From positions 10,940-74,939 of the forward strand of contig VGZT01000005.1 of NCBI GenBank assembly GCA_016872495.1: a DNA stretch of 64,000 bases. The letters are read 5' to 3'. The notes beneath the pieces are model-generated. The model was not told the DNA's origin. It saw nothing but the letters and a program-made list of their open reading frames with translations, and searched no databases. This document shows positions 55,509 through 64,000 of this stretch, one piece after another (within the stretch, counting starts at the first letter, position 1; each line of letters starts with the position of its first letter). Source of the stretch: SAR202 cluster bacterium. GTDB taxonomy: Bacteria; Chloroflexota; Dehalococcoidia; Lucifugimonadales; Lucifugimonadaceae. The translations under genes were made by a program, and so were the position numbers.

Positions 55509-57416
55509 ATGAGTATCCGTTCACGTTCCGCGATCCCAGCCCTCCTACTGATCCTTGTGTTCCTTCTGGTCCTCGGGGTGGCCTGTGGCCAGGAGGCCGC
55601 GCCGACGCCGGTGCCTCCGACAGCGACCAAGGCCGCAGCGCCGCCTGCCGCGCCGACGCCGGTGCCTCCGACAGCGACCAAGGCCGCAGCGCCGCCTGCC
55701 ACGCCCACGACCGCGGCGCCAGCGCCTACCACCCGGCCCGCTCCACCGGCGACTGCGGCGACGAAGGCGCCAGCCGGTTCGATCACCATTGCGATCAGCT
55801 CGGTTCAGCCGCCGTCCGGCACCCCAAGGTTCTGCACTTCCAATTGCACCGAAAACCTGGTGATGATGAGTGTCCTCGAGACCCCTTGGCGCACGGTTGA
55901 GGGAGACCTCGCCGGTGACATGCCCCTCGAGAATGTCCTGGCGATCGGATTCACGCTCGATCCGAACCTCAAGTTCGTCGACCTGAAGCTGCGTCCGGGC
56001 GTCCCGTTCCACAAGGGCCAGGGGGAAATGACAGCGGACGACTTCGCATTCTCCCTCAACGATGCCAACCGGGCGGTGACTCCGGAAAGCATCAGCGGCC
56101 AGGCCGGCGAGCTTGCGTCCACGTTCGCCAAGATCGAGACGGTCGACAAGTACACCGCGCGGGTGAACTTCAGCGTGTTCGACAGCCGGTGGCAGCGCTT
56201 CCGGCTCAGCAACTTCGAGGAGTCGATCGGCGTCACCTCGAAGGCGGTGTTCGACAGGCTCGGCGCCGAAGGGATGCGCAAGGAGTTCGTCGGCACGGGT
56301 CCTTACGAGGTCAAGGAGTGGATCGAGACGGACAAGACGATCCTCGAAGCCGTGCCTAACCACTGGCGCAAGACTGCAAGTGTCAAGACGATCACTTTCA
56401 TCGAGGTACGTGAAGCTGCGGTCATGCGTGCGATGCTCGAGACCGGCCAGGTCGTCGCATCGGCGCCGTCGCTGACCGACTGGCCCACGCTGACGCAGAA
56501 GGGAATGAAGCCGCTTTCCGCCAGCGGGTACGATGCCTACGTCAACATTTCCTTCGCCGGCAACTGGTGGGAGAAGAACAGCGCCCGAACCGGCCAGCCG
56601 CTGACGCGTACGCGGGACATCACGAAGCCGTGGGTCGGCAACCCGTACGAGAGCGGGGACACCTACAACGAAAAAACGCCTTCGATGGAGAAGTCGCGTA
56701 AGGTGCGATGGGCGCTCGCCTACGCGATCGACCGCGCCGGCCTGAACAAGACGCTTCTGTCCGGCCTTGGAAGCCCGATCTACTTCGGCTATCAGCCCGC
56801 GGGCAACACCAGCTTCTTCAAGAAGGGTATCTACCCGGCCGGATGGGAGATCCCCTACGACCTGGCAAAGGCCAAGGCACTCCTGAAGGAAGCCGGCTAC
56901 GAGAATGGCTTCGAGATGAACCTCTGGGTCGGGCCCACGGGCCTCGGGGTCGAGTTGATGGAGGCCATTTCCGGGGTCTGGCAATCAGAGCTGAAGATCA
57001 AGACCAACCTGCAGAAGACCGTCTACGAGACCTTCAGACCCGGCCTCGTCCAGCGAACCACCTCGGTTCCGTTGGTTGGCTGTGGCGACGGCAACAGCGG
57101 CAACAACCCGATTGACGCCGCTCGAGGGTTCACGATGAGCTCCTGGAGCGATGGCGGCTACGGAGTTGGCGTGGAGCTTCCGTTCGCGGCGGACGGCTAC
57201 AAGAAGACCGCGCTCGAGCCTGATCCCCAGAAGCGAATCCAGGCGAACCTTGAATTCATCCAGACGTCGATCGACTGGGGGATGTGCGTTGGGATCGTCA
57301 GCCAACCTGGCTACGGGCTGTACAACCCGAACGTGATCGCTGACTGGCGGCCATTGCCTATCAGCAACAGCGGCATGAACAACATGAACAACTTCGAGTC
57401 GATCGTACTCAAGTAA
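55509..57416 (+). CDS. ABC transporter substrate-binding lipoprotein, family 5 (peptide/nickel type)
   Basis: Signal peptide plus lipobox LLVLGVACG. Pro/Thr/Ala linker, then a family-5 SBP body of about 540 aa. AAGGAAAGGGG SD. The track ORF start (54960) is spurious. Confidence 0.9.
   Translation: MSIRSRSAIPALLLILVFLLVLGVACGQEAAPTPVPPTATKAAAPPAAPTPVPPTATKAAAPPATPTTAAPAPTTRPAPPATAATKAPAGSITIAISSVQPPSGTPRFCTSNCTENLVMMSVLETPWRTVEGDLAGDMPLENVLAIGFTLDPNLKFVDLKLRPGVPFHKGQGEMTADDFAFSLNDANRAVTPESISGQAGELASTFAKIETVDKYTARVNFSVFDSRWQRFRLSNFEESIGVTSKAVFDRLGAEGMRKEFVGTGPYEVKEWIETDKTILEAVPNHWRKTASVKTITFIEVREAAVMRAMLETGQVVASAPSLTDWPTLTQKGMKPLSASGYDAYVNISFAGNWWEKNSARTGQPLTRTRDITKPWVGNPYESGDTYNEKTPSMEKSRKVRWALAYAIDRAGLNKTLLSGLGSPIYFGYQPAGNTSFFKKGIYPAGWEIPYDLAKAKALLKEAGYENGFEMNLWVGPTGLGVELMEAISGVWQSELKIKTNLQKTVYETFRPGLVQRTTSVPLVGCGDGNSGNNPIDAARGFTMSSWSDGGYGVGVELPFAADGYKKTALEPDPQKRIQANLEFIQTSIDWGMCVGIVSQPGYGLYNPNVIADWRPLPISNSGMNNMNNFESIVLK
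55599..55700 (+). repeat. Perfect 51-bp x2 in-frame tandem duplication in the SBP linker
   Basis: 55599-55649 appears identical to 55650-55700. The repeat encodes APTPVPPTATKAAAPPA twice. Confidence 0.95.
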
Positions 57417-57458
57417 CGTCCGACCCCGATTTCCATCGGGACGGAGAAGGAGACGGAC

Positions 57459-57490
57459 GGGGGGGCACTCTGACGTATCGGGGTGCCCCC
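57459..57490 (+). terminator. Intercistronic hairpin between the SBP and permease genes (partial terminator / mRNA stabiliser)
   Basis: GGGGGCAC (57461-57468) pairs with GTGCCCCC (57483-57490) around a 14-nt loop. No strong T-tract. Confidence 0.35.
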
Positions 57491-57549
57491 GCCTGTATTC
57501 AGTCGCCGTGCAAATACGGATGTCGTCCGCGAGTGGGGGCCCGTTGTAA

Positions 57550-58491
57550 GTGCGTCGCTATCTGATCACCCGGTTCCTGTATTCGATCGTCGCCCTCATC
57601 GGCGCCACCGCAATCGTCTTTTCCCTGTCGAGGGCGGTGGGCGACCCGCGCTACCTGTACGCCCAGGAGGCATACGGCCTCACGTCTGAGGCGTGGGAGG
57701 ACCTCGGAAGGCGGCTCGGACTGGACAAGCCGCTCGTGGCCCAGTACTTCATCTGGCTTGGCAATGTGGCCAGAGGAGATTTGGGCGAGTCGCTGATCGG
57801 CCGGAAGCCGGTCATAGAGCTGATCGGCAACAAGGTCGGGAACACGCTTCAATTGGGGCTCGCCGCCTGGCTTCTTGCGACGGGGGTCGGGATACCGCTG
57901 GGCATCTTGTCGGCGGTCCGGAGGGGAACGGTGTGGGACTACCTGGGCCGGGGATTCGCGGCCCTCGGCCAGGCTGCTCCCCCGTTCTGGATTGGCATCA
58001 TGGCGATCCTGTTCTTCGCGGTGAAGCTGGGTTGGCTTCCCGCAGGAACCAAGGGCGCCGGTGCGTCGGCCGCGAACATCAAGTACTTCATCATGCCTGC
58101 CGTGACGCTTGCCTGGCTGTCTTCGGCCAGCTATCTGCGGATAACCAGGACCGCGATGCTCGAAATTCTGGACTCCGAGTTTGTCAAGTTCGCGCGGGCA
58201 AAGGGTACTACCGAGCGATCGGTCATATGGAAGCACGCCTTCAGAAATGCTCTGATCCCGCCGTTGACTGTGTCAGCTCTGGTCCTTGCGGGGTTCATAA
58301 CGGGGACGGTGGTCGTGGAGACAGTCTTCACGTGGCCGGGACTCGGCAAGCTCGCCGTTGATTCAGTCGTCCAGAACGACTATCCGACAATGACGGGCGT
58401 CGTCCTGCTTCTGGCCCTCGTGTACGTGGTTGTGAACTTCCTGACCGATATGGCGTACGGGATCATCGATCCACGGGTCTCGTACACGTAG
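57550..58491 (+). CDS. ABC transporter permease (DppB/OppB-like)
   Basis: 6 TM helices. EAA-type loop EFVKFARAKGTTERSVIWKHAFRNALIP. Confidence 0.9.
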   Translation: MRRYLITRFLYSIVALIGATAIVFSLSRAVGDPRYLYAQEAYGLTSEAWEDLGRRLGLDKPLVAQYFIWLGNVARGDLGESLIGRKPVIELIGNKVGNTLQLGLAAWLLATGVGIPLGILSAVRRGTVWDYLGRGFAALGQAAPPFWIGIMAILFFAVKLGWLPAGTKGAGASAANIKYFIMPAVTLAWLSSASYLRITRTAMLEILDSEFVKFARAKGTTERSVIWKHAFRNALIPPLTVSALVLAGFITGTVVVETVFTWPGLGKLAVDSVVQNDYPTMTGVVLLLALVYVVVNFLTDMAYGIIDPRVSYT

Positions 58492-58509
58492 GGCGCGGCA
58501 GACCAGGGA

Positions 58510-59400
58510 ATGGCGACCCCACAGCTGACCATGCAAAGCCCGGCGCGGTCGCGTTTTCGCGCCGGCCTGAAACTGCTGCGGGAATGGCCGGTCGTGCCCA
58601 TCATCATCCTCACACTGCTGGTTATCACCGCGGCCGCCGCACCCCTTCTGGCACCGTATGACCCCATCAGACCTGAGATCGGCGACCGCAACGCGAAACC
58701 CTTCTGGTACCCGGACTCGGATGGTCGGCATCTGATCGGCGCGGACCACGTTGGACGTGACGTCCTCAGCAGGCTGATCTACGGCTCGCGCGTGTCTCTG
58801 ATAGTCCTGGCGATATCGCTCAGCAGCGGGATGCTGGTCGGCACCACGCTCGGACTCGTGGCCGGCTACTTCGGCGGTCATGTCGATGAGGTGATTACGC
58901 GGTTAGTCGACATGTGGCTGGCAATACCGTTCATCCTCTTGGCGCTGGTCGTCGTGATCGTGTTCGGGCAAAGCTTCATCGTGCTGATGGCGCTGCTCGC
59001 GCTGCTGGCATGGGTCCCCTTCGTCCGGAACATCAGGGCGGAGGTGCTGGTCCTGAAGACCCGCGACTTCGTGGCGATATCAAGGATCTCCGGTGCGAGC
59101 GCCACCCGCATCATGGTCCGCCACATCCTGCCAAACGTCTTCAATACTGTGGTCGTGCTGGCGACGCTCAGGGTTGGCCAGCTCATACTCACCGAATCGA
59201 TCCTCAGCTTCCTCGGCGCCGGCATTCCCCCGCCCACCCCGGCCTGGGGCGTCATGGTCAGCGACGGCCGGAACTACATTGCAAGCGCCTGGTGGATCTC
59301 TTTCTTCCCTGGGATCGCAATCCTGCTGGTGGTAATGGCATTCAATTTTGTAGGCGACTGGCTGCGAGACCGGCTGGATCCGCGCCTGCGGCAGATCTAG
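58510..59400 (+). CDS. ABC transporter permease (DppC/OppC-like)
   Basis: HLIGADHVGRDVLSRLIYG, DFVAISRISGASATRIMVRHILPN. Confidence 0.9.
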   Translation: MATPQLTMQSPARSRFRAGLKLLREWPVVPIIILTLLVITAAAAPLLAPYDPIRPEIGDRNAKPFWYPDSDGRHLIGADHVGRDVLSRLIYGSRVSLIVLAISLSSGMLVGTTLGLVAGYFGGHVDEVITRLVDMWLAIPFILLALVVVIVFGQSFIVLMALLALLAWVPFVRNIRAEVLVLKTRDFVAISRISGASATRIMVRHILPNVFNTVVVLATLRVGQLILTESILSFLGAGIPPPTPAWGVMVSDGRNYIASAWWISFFPGIAILLVVMAFNFVGDWLRDRLDPRLRQI

Positions 59401-59404
59401 CTGC

Positions 59405-60484
59405 GTGGCGGCTCTCCTTCTGACGACGTACGCCGCGCTATTGCTCGTCACGGTAGCCTGCGGGCAGGAGATGGCATTCCGACCCGCGCCCACGGCCGTT
59501 TTCCCCCCGAGCGCCCTTCTCGACGGACGGTTCGAGTCATACACGCAGGGCTCCGACGGAACCTGCCTCACCGGCATTATCCAGTGCCCCGTCGATGAGG
59601 ACGGACCTCCAGCATGGTCGCCAGACGGCACACGCCTGGCATTTCATTCGACACGTGACGTGAACTATGAGATTTACAGCGTGGCCCCGGACGGGTCTGA
59701 TCCCCGTAATCTGACCGCCAGCTACACACAGGAGATGTTTCCTGTCTGGTCACCCGACGGCGCATCGATCCTTTTCACGTCGAATCGAGACGGGAATCTG
59801 GACGTGTTCCTCCTGCGTGGCGGTGATGGCGCGGTGGTGAACCTGACCGCAAATCCCGGCGCGGATCGTTCTCCCGCGTGGTCGCCCGATGGCTCACAGA
59901 TTGCATTCGCTTCCGACCGCGACGGCGACTGGGAGGTCTATGTAATGGGCGCCGGGGGCGGCGAGCCGCATAACCTGACAAACAGCAAGGGCTGGGACGG
60001 GGAGCCCGCGTGGTCGCCCGACGGGACAAGGATCGCCTTCACTTCGACACGCAACGGCAATGCGGACATCTATGTGGTGGACCGTTCGGGCGACCGTGCC
60101 AGGCGTCTCACTCGAGGGGACTCAGATGACCGCTCTCCCGCGTGGTCGCCCGATGGTAGCCGGATCGCGTTCGTTTCGAATCGCGAGGGCAATCCGGACA
60201 TCTTTGTGATGAACGCGGACGGGAGGGCACAACGCAATGTGACCCGGGACCGCGCCTGGGACTACCTCCCGGCCTGGTCCCCGGACGGCCGGCACCTCGC
60301 CTTCAGCACGAATCGAGATGGCAACTGGGAGATCTATACGGTCCAGCTCGACACCGGCCTCACCCGCAATCTCACGCTCCATCCTGCGACGGATGACCGG
60401 CCCGCGTGGTCGCCGGATGGGCGCCGGATCGCTTTCGCTTCCGACAGGACCGCTCGTTTCCAGATCTACGTCGCGTATTACTGA
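59405..60484 (+). CDS. TolB-like WD40/PD40 beta-propeller lipoprotein
   Basis: Lipobox LLVTVACG. Seven units of about 44 aa, each with (P)AWSPDG...(I/L)AF.S.R(D/N)G...(I/V)(Y/F) PD40 signatures. Confidence 0.85.
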   Translation: MAALLLTTYAALLLVTVACGQEMAFRPAPTAVFPPSALLDGRFESYTQGSDGTCLTGIIQCPVDEDGPPAWSPDGTRLAFHSTRDVNYEIYSVAPDGSDPRNLTASYTQEMFPVWSPDGASILFTSNRDGNLDVFLLRGGDGAVVNLTANPGADRSPAWSPDGSQIAFASDRDGDWEVYVMGAGGGEPHNLTNSKGWDGEPAWSPDGTRIAFTSTRNGNADIYVVDRSGDRARRLTRGDSDDRSPAWSPDGSRIAFVSNREGNPDIFVMNADGRAQRNVTRDRAWDYLPAWSPDGRHLAFSTNRDGNWEIYTVQLDTGLTRNLTLHPATDDRPAWSPDGRRIAFASDRTARFQIYVAYY

Positions 60485-60651
60485 AAACTGGCGGGCGGCC
60501 AGCGTTCGATTACATCGTTTCTCGCCATTGTCCTTACACGCTCAGTGAGATTCATCATGCCGGGCTCACGGCGTCACCGCGACGATAGTCAGGGCGCCGA
60601 CTCGGGGGCGCGTCGGCACCCTGACATGAATCCGATCCGCGAGGGTGTGCA

Positions 60652-61084
60652 ATGTACGTTAACGACTACTCGCTCCTCACCTCGCCGGTCTTCGCGAACC
60701 GGGCGGAAGCCGGAGGGGATCTCGGCATGGGGCTGCTGGCGCAGGTAGTAAGGGCGGACCTGATACTCGGGACCCGGTGACCGTCCAGCCCGACGCCCCG
60801 CACTGGGAAGTCGCTGACGCAAGTACAACCTCATCACGGTGTTCGAGTGCATCCACCACAATTCGAAACCCGTTGCGGTCCGGTCTACCATGCCCTCCCT
60901 GCTGGCGCCCGACGGCTCAGCGTTTGTGGTCGACGAACGGGTGGCCAGTGTTCATGGGCAAGGGCACCGGCATCCAGTGGATGATGTACGGCTGGAGCGT
61001 GCTCTGCTAGCTGCCCGCCCGACGGCCGACAAGCCATCGGCCGCAAAGGGCACCGTGATACTGATGCCTGTTCTCCGCCGATAG
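60652..61084 (+). pseudogene. Decayed phosphoribosyltransferase-family gene
   Basis: The frame from ATG 60652 gives ...VFANRAEAGGDLGMGLLAQVVRADLILGTR*, matching the F.DR.EAG..LA......D.VVLG.PRGG N-terminus. Later pieces (WEVADA; ...RPTADKPSAAKGTVILMPV) lie in other frames. Truncated before the PRPP loop. Confidence 0.6.
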
Positions 61085-61182
61085 GGGCAAGAAGCCGGAT
61101 TCACTTCGGTCAAGAAGCTGCCGGTCGAGCACTTCTTTTTCAGCTTCTAACGGCTGACGCCCTGGACCGGGGGCCAGGCGGG

Positions 61183-62352
61183 CTAGCGAGCGATCTCTGC
61201 CAGCCGGCGCGCGATTGCCTCGATCTCCTGGTCGGAGCAGAGCCTGACATCCAGGCGAATGGCCATGGGGTCTGATGGATGGTTCATCGCCGCGATGGGT
61301 GGATCACCTGCCCGGAGCTCAGTCAGCAGCGCCTGCGCATTCATCTTCCTGGCGGCCGGCGCCTTGAAATGCACGGTCGGGAACGGCCGCTGGCTGGAGT
61401 CGAAATCGGCGACCTCCGTGCTGGCGCCCGGGATTGCCCGCGCCAGGTCGGCAAGTCGGCGGGCCTTGCCGTGTTGCTCGAGCATTCGCTCCTCGTCGTC
61501 CTGCTCGGCCCACCACATGAGCGACGAGATCAGGCCGACGATCTCCTCCTTGCTGACCTTGCAGACGCGGCCGATCCCGTGCTCAGGCGCCGTCTGCATC
61601 GACACCGCCTTGATGAGGTCGGCACGCCCGGCCAGGATGCCCGAGCCCTGCGGCCCCTGGATGCCCTTGCCGCCTGAAAAGCAGACCAGATCGGCACCCT
61701 GGTCGATGAACCGGTAGAGGCTCTCCTTTGGTGGCAGGTAGTTGGAGCAGTCGATCAGGACCGGGACGTGGTGCGCATGGGCGATCGAGATCACCTCCTT
61801 GACCGGGAGGTCGCCCTTCGGCCCGTAACCCACCCAGTAGACGAGCGCCACTTCGTCGCTGAACGCCGCCTCGTACTGCGCGCGGGTCACGACCGAACCG
61901 TCGCCCACCTCGACGAACTTCACGCCCGCGGTCTGAACGGCCATCGCGTAGCCGGGGTCGGCGTACTCGACGCCCTCCGGCGACTTCTTGCGGGGGAACC
62001 GCTTGGCGATGCACAGGCTCTTCATGCCAGTGGTGTCCGGAAGCCGGTACATCCTGGCGATATCGGTCCCGGTCAGGATGGCGGCGGTGCCCACCAGCAT
62101 CGCAGCCGCGCATCCAGAAGTGACGTAGCCATCCTCGGCATGCGTGTAGTGCGCGATGACGCGCCCGGCCGCACGCTCGAGCTCCATCATGTCGACGTGA
62201 AACGCAGCCGCGCTGCGCATGGCATCCAGCGATACCTCGGGGATCAGGGTCCCGCCGATAATCGTGTGGTGGCAGGTGGCATTGATGAACTTCCTAACGC
62301 CAAGGCTGGCATAGGGGTCTTGTTTGATCTGATCGATGCTCGGGATCGCCAT
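61183..62352 (-). CDS. SelA-like PLP-dependent enzyme (DgaE / COG1921-like lyase or transferase)
   Basis: 389 aa. GVRKFINATCHHTIIGGT, DLVCFSGGKGIQGPQGSGIL (PLP-Lys context of the SelA family). Confidence 0.75.
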   Translation of the reverse strand: MAIPSIDQIKQDPYASLGVRKFINATCHHTIIGGTLIPEVSLDAMRSAAAFHVDMMELERAAGRVIAHYTHAEDGYVTSGCAAAMLVGTAAILTGTDIARMYRLPDTTGMKSLCIAKRFPRKKSPEGVEYADPGYAMAVQTAGVKFVEVGDGSVVTRAQYEAAFSDEVALVYWVGYGPKGDLPVKEVISIAHAHHVPVLIDCSNYLPPKESLYRFIDQGADLVCFSGGKGIQGPQGSGILAGRADLIKAVSMQTAPEHGIGRVCKVSKEEIVGLISSLMWWAEQDDEERMLEQHGKARRLADLARAIPGASTEVADFDSSQRPFPTVHFKAPAARKMNAQALLTELRAGDPPIAAMNHPSDPMAIRLDVRLCSDQEIEAIARRLAEIAR

Positions 62353-62392
62353 TGCTGCCCACTCCCCATCCGGCGGTGTGCATTACGCCGGT

Positions 62393-62743
62393 CTAACTTT
62401 TGCCCTTCTTCTTCACAGGCACGGTCGCGGTGTAATCGAGCGACCACTTCACCCATATGTCGAGGTCCTGCGCGGTCCTGTAGCCGGCGGCTTCGATGAA
62501 CAGGAATCCCAGCATGGGCCGGTGGGTGAAGTCCATGGTCCGTGCTCCGGGCTCCTTGACCGTCTCCTCGTGCTTTCCGGGCCCCACCCGCACCATGAGC
62601 CGCTTCTCGTGGACACCGACGCACCCCTTGCCGTCGATCATGAAGGCGCTGCCGCCGGACATCTTCCTTTCGACCACCGGTCGCTTCGTCGCTCCCGCCA
62701 CGGCGACGCGCAGCCGGGCCGCCAGAGCCTCGCCGCATGCCAT
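62393..62743 (-). CDS. TfoX N-terminal-domain family protein
   Basis: 116 aa. ERKMSGGSAFMIDGKGCVGVHEKRLMVRV fits the TfoX_N pattern. Confidence 0.65.
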   Translation of the reverse strand: MACGEALAARLRVAVAGATKRPVVERKMSGGSAFMIDGKGCVGVHEKRLMVRVGPGKHEETVKEPGARTMDFTHRPMLGFLFIEAAGYRTAQDLDIWVKWSLDYTATVPVKKKGKS

Positions 62744-62818
62744 CTGACTGCTTCCGAGCTGTGCCGGGCTATGATGCCGCCTGCGAGCGCCCGGCGCCAG
62801 ATACCGACGTTACGACCG

Positions 62819-63736
62819 CTACCGGCTGTCCTTTCGCCAGGTCAGCAGGTCGCCGACCTCGGCAAGAAGCCGGACCAGCTCGGCCATGTCCTGGGGGTCC
62901 ATGCTGTGCCGTCCCGGCGATCGGACCGTGGCCGAGGCGATGATGCCACGCTTGACCAACACCGCCTTGAAAGCCTCGATCCCATAGATCCCCTCGAACA
63001 CGATCAGCGGGAGCATGCGACGGTATAGCTCTCCGGCTTCAGCCGCCTTCCCGGACTCGAGCAGGTTCCACAGCTTCGACATTGGGTCGCCAAAGTGCGA
63101 CGCCGGCATATTGCCGCAGAAGCCGCGCGCGTACTCCATCAGGATGTAGCGGCCGCTGCCGCCTCCCATGACGCCACGGCAGTGCGCTGGGGCAAGCTCG
63201 AGCAGCTTCGAACCCACCTGCGCGGCGTAGGTCGTTTCTTCCTTCACGTAATCGACATTGGCCACGTCGCGGCACAGCCCGGCCAGTTGCTCGGCGTTCA
63301 GCCGCGCCCCCTGGTTGTGGTTCTGGATGAAGATCGGGATCTTGATCGCCGCACCCAGCAGCTCATAGAAGCGGCGCACCTCGTCATATGAGGGCGGGCG
63401 ACCGTGCGGTGGCATCGCGATCACGGCCTCGGCCCCGGCGCCCTCGGCATACCTGGCCAGTTCTATCGAATGCGCGTTACCAATGCCGCTTACGCCAGCA
63501 ACCACCGGAATCCTGTGGTTTACGACCCGAATCGTCGCCTCGATGACCATCCTTCGCTCAGTGTCGGTCAGCGTGCTGAACTCGCTGGCCATCACCGGCA
63601 TGACGACACCATGACAGCCTGACTCGACGGTGAAGTGCAGTACCGATTCGAGCGACCTACGGTCCAGGGTTTCGTCGTCTTTGAAGGGCGTGGCCGGGAT
63701 ACCGAAGATGCCCCGGTACTGCGTGGCCTTGGTCAA
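62819..63736 (-). CDS. Dihydrodipicolinate synthase / N-acetylneuraminate lyase family aldolase
   Basis: GIFGIPATPF, GVVMPVMASEFSTLTDTER, and Schiff-base Lys context (VDYVKEET). TTG start at 63736 with a GGGAGGA SD. Confidence 0.85.
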   Translation of the reverse strand: MTKATQYRGIFGIPATPFKDDETLDRRSLESVLHFTVESGCHGVVMPVMASEFSTLTDTERRMVIEATIRVVNHRIPVVAGVSGIGNAHSIELARYAEGAGAEAVIAMPPHGRPPSYDEVRRFYELLGAAIKIPIFIQNHNQGARLNAEQLAGLCRDVANVDYVKEETTYAAQVGSKLLELAPAHCRGVMGGGSGRYILMEYARGFCGNMPASHFGDPMSKLWNLLESGKAAEAGELYRRMLPLIVFEGIYGIEAFKAVLVKRGIIASATVRSPGRHSMDPQDMAELVRLLAEVGDLLTWRKDSR

Positions 63737-64000
63737 AGCTAGCTATCCTCCCAGATATTTGACCCGTGAGCATACCGCAGGCCGCACCGGGCGGGCAGGT
63801 CAGGGCATCCGACGCCTGGCCGAGCGGCACGCCCTTCGGCAAGCAAAGAACATACTCAGGCCTGAAACGGACGCGCGAAGCGCTCTACTCCGTGCTTCAC
63901 TCCGTTAACACCGGCACACAGCTCGAATCCAGGCAGTTGGATGTCGTCAACGCCGCCCACGCGCATCCTGCCACGTCTGTTGCTCAGCAACTACGCCGGA

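Noticed and set aside
63737-64000. Possible partial genes at the right edge (a minus-strand frame ending near 63947; a plus-strand GTG at 63892), and the left edge at 1-137.
   Set aside because: Fewer than 40 codons are visible and no motif is present, so they cannot be supported.

Overview
High-GC (about 65%) bacterial chromosomal segment. It is dominated by housekeeping operons and paralog-rich catabolic genes, not by an obvious mobile or defence island. All calls come from motif recognition in the supplied translations and from reading the DNA; no searches were run.

Gene content (hspR-grpE-dnaK order, Rex, F420:NADP reductase, DUF503/DUF951/BFN genes, Pro/Thr/Ala-linker lipoproteins, many enolase-superfamily, SDR and AKR paralogs) suggests a Chloroflexota-like monoderm. 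That placement is inference only.

Main blocks:
- ThDP enzyme, enolase-superfamily enzyme and methyltransferase (0.1-3.9 kb).
- RNase P RNA (rnpB, minus strand, about 4003-4400) immediately downstream of a catalytically degenerate serine-recombinase homologue. That gene is translationally coupled to a COG1579 Zn-ribbon coiled-coil gene.
- Pyruvate kinase.
- MoxR-DUF58-DUF4129 module.
- FAH-family enzyme, F420 reductase, MA-type peptidase, HDAC-like enzyme and 2-hydroxyacid dehydrogenase.
- hspR-grpE-dnaK.
- An AT-rich divergent region with an unannotated 52-aa zinc-ribbon ORF.
- DUF503 and rex.
- The complete F1Fo ATP synthase operon (atpZ-B-E-F-H-A-G-D-C). atpB carries an insertion of about 120 aa.
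- MFS transporter, BFN nuclease, DUF951, pyrF.
- modABC.
- Several catabolic clusters: three enolase-superfamily paralogs, AKR, SDR, RidA, CocE/NonD hydrolase, Rieske-FAD oxidoreductase, SelA-like PLP enzyme and DapA-like aldolase.
- A MacB-type ABC pair and an ABC-F ATPase.
- A peptide-type ABC importer operon that ends in a TolB-like beta-propeller lipoprotein instead of ATPase genes.

Notable extras:
- Two Rex-box candidates overlapping extended -10 elements, one at rex and one at the atp promoter.
- A perfect 89-bp x3 tandem repeat that re-duplicates the 3' end of the AKR gene.
- A perfect 51-bp x2 duplication in a lipoprotein linker.
- An unusual density of decayed genes: an ADH, a phosphoribosyltransferase, an rsgA fragment joined to a frameshifted ArsR-like gene, a creatinase_N-like stub and possible TM-PAS sensor remnants.

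No CRISPR array, tRNA, rRNA or transposase was seen. I did not find a clear-cut novel multi-gene system. The best candidates are the rnpB / dead-recombinase / COG1579 unit and the structured leader plus mini zinc-ribbon gene.
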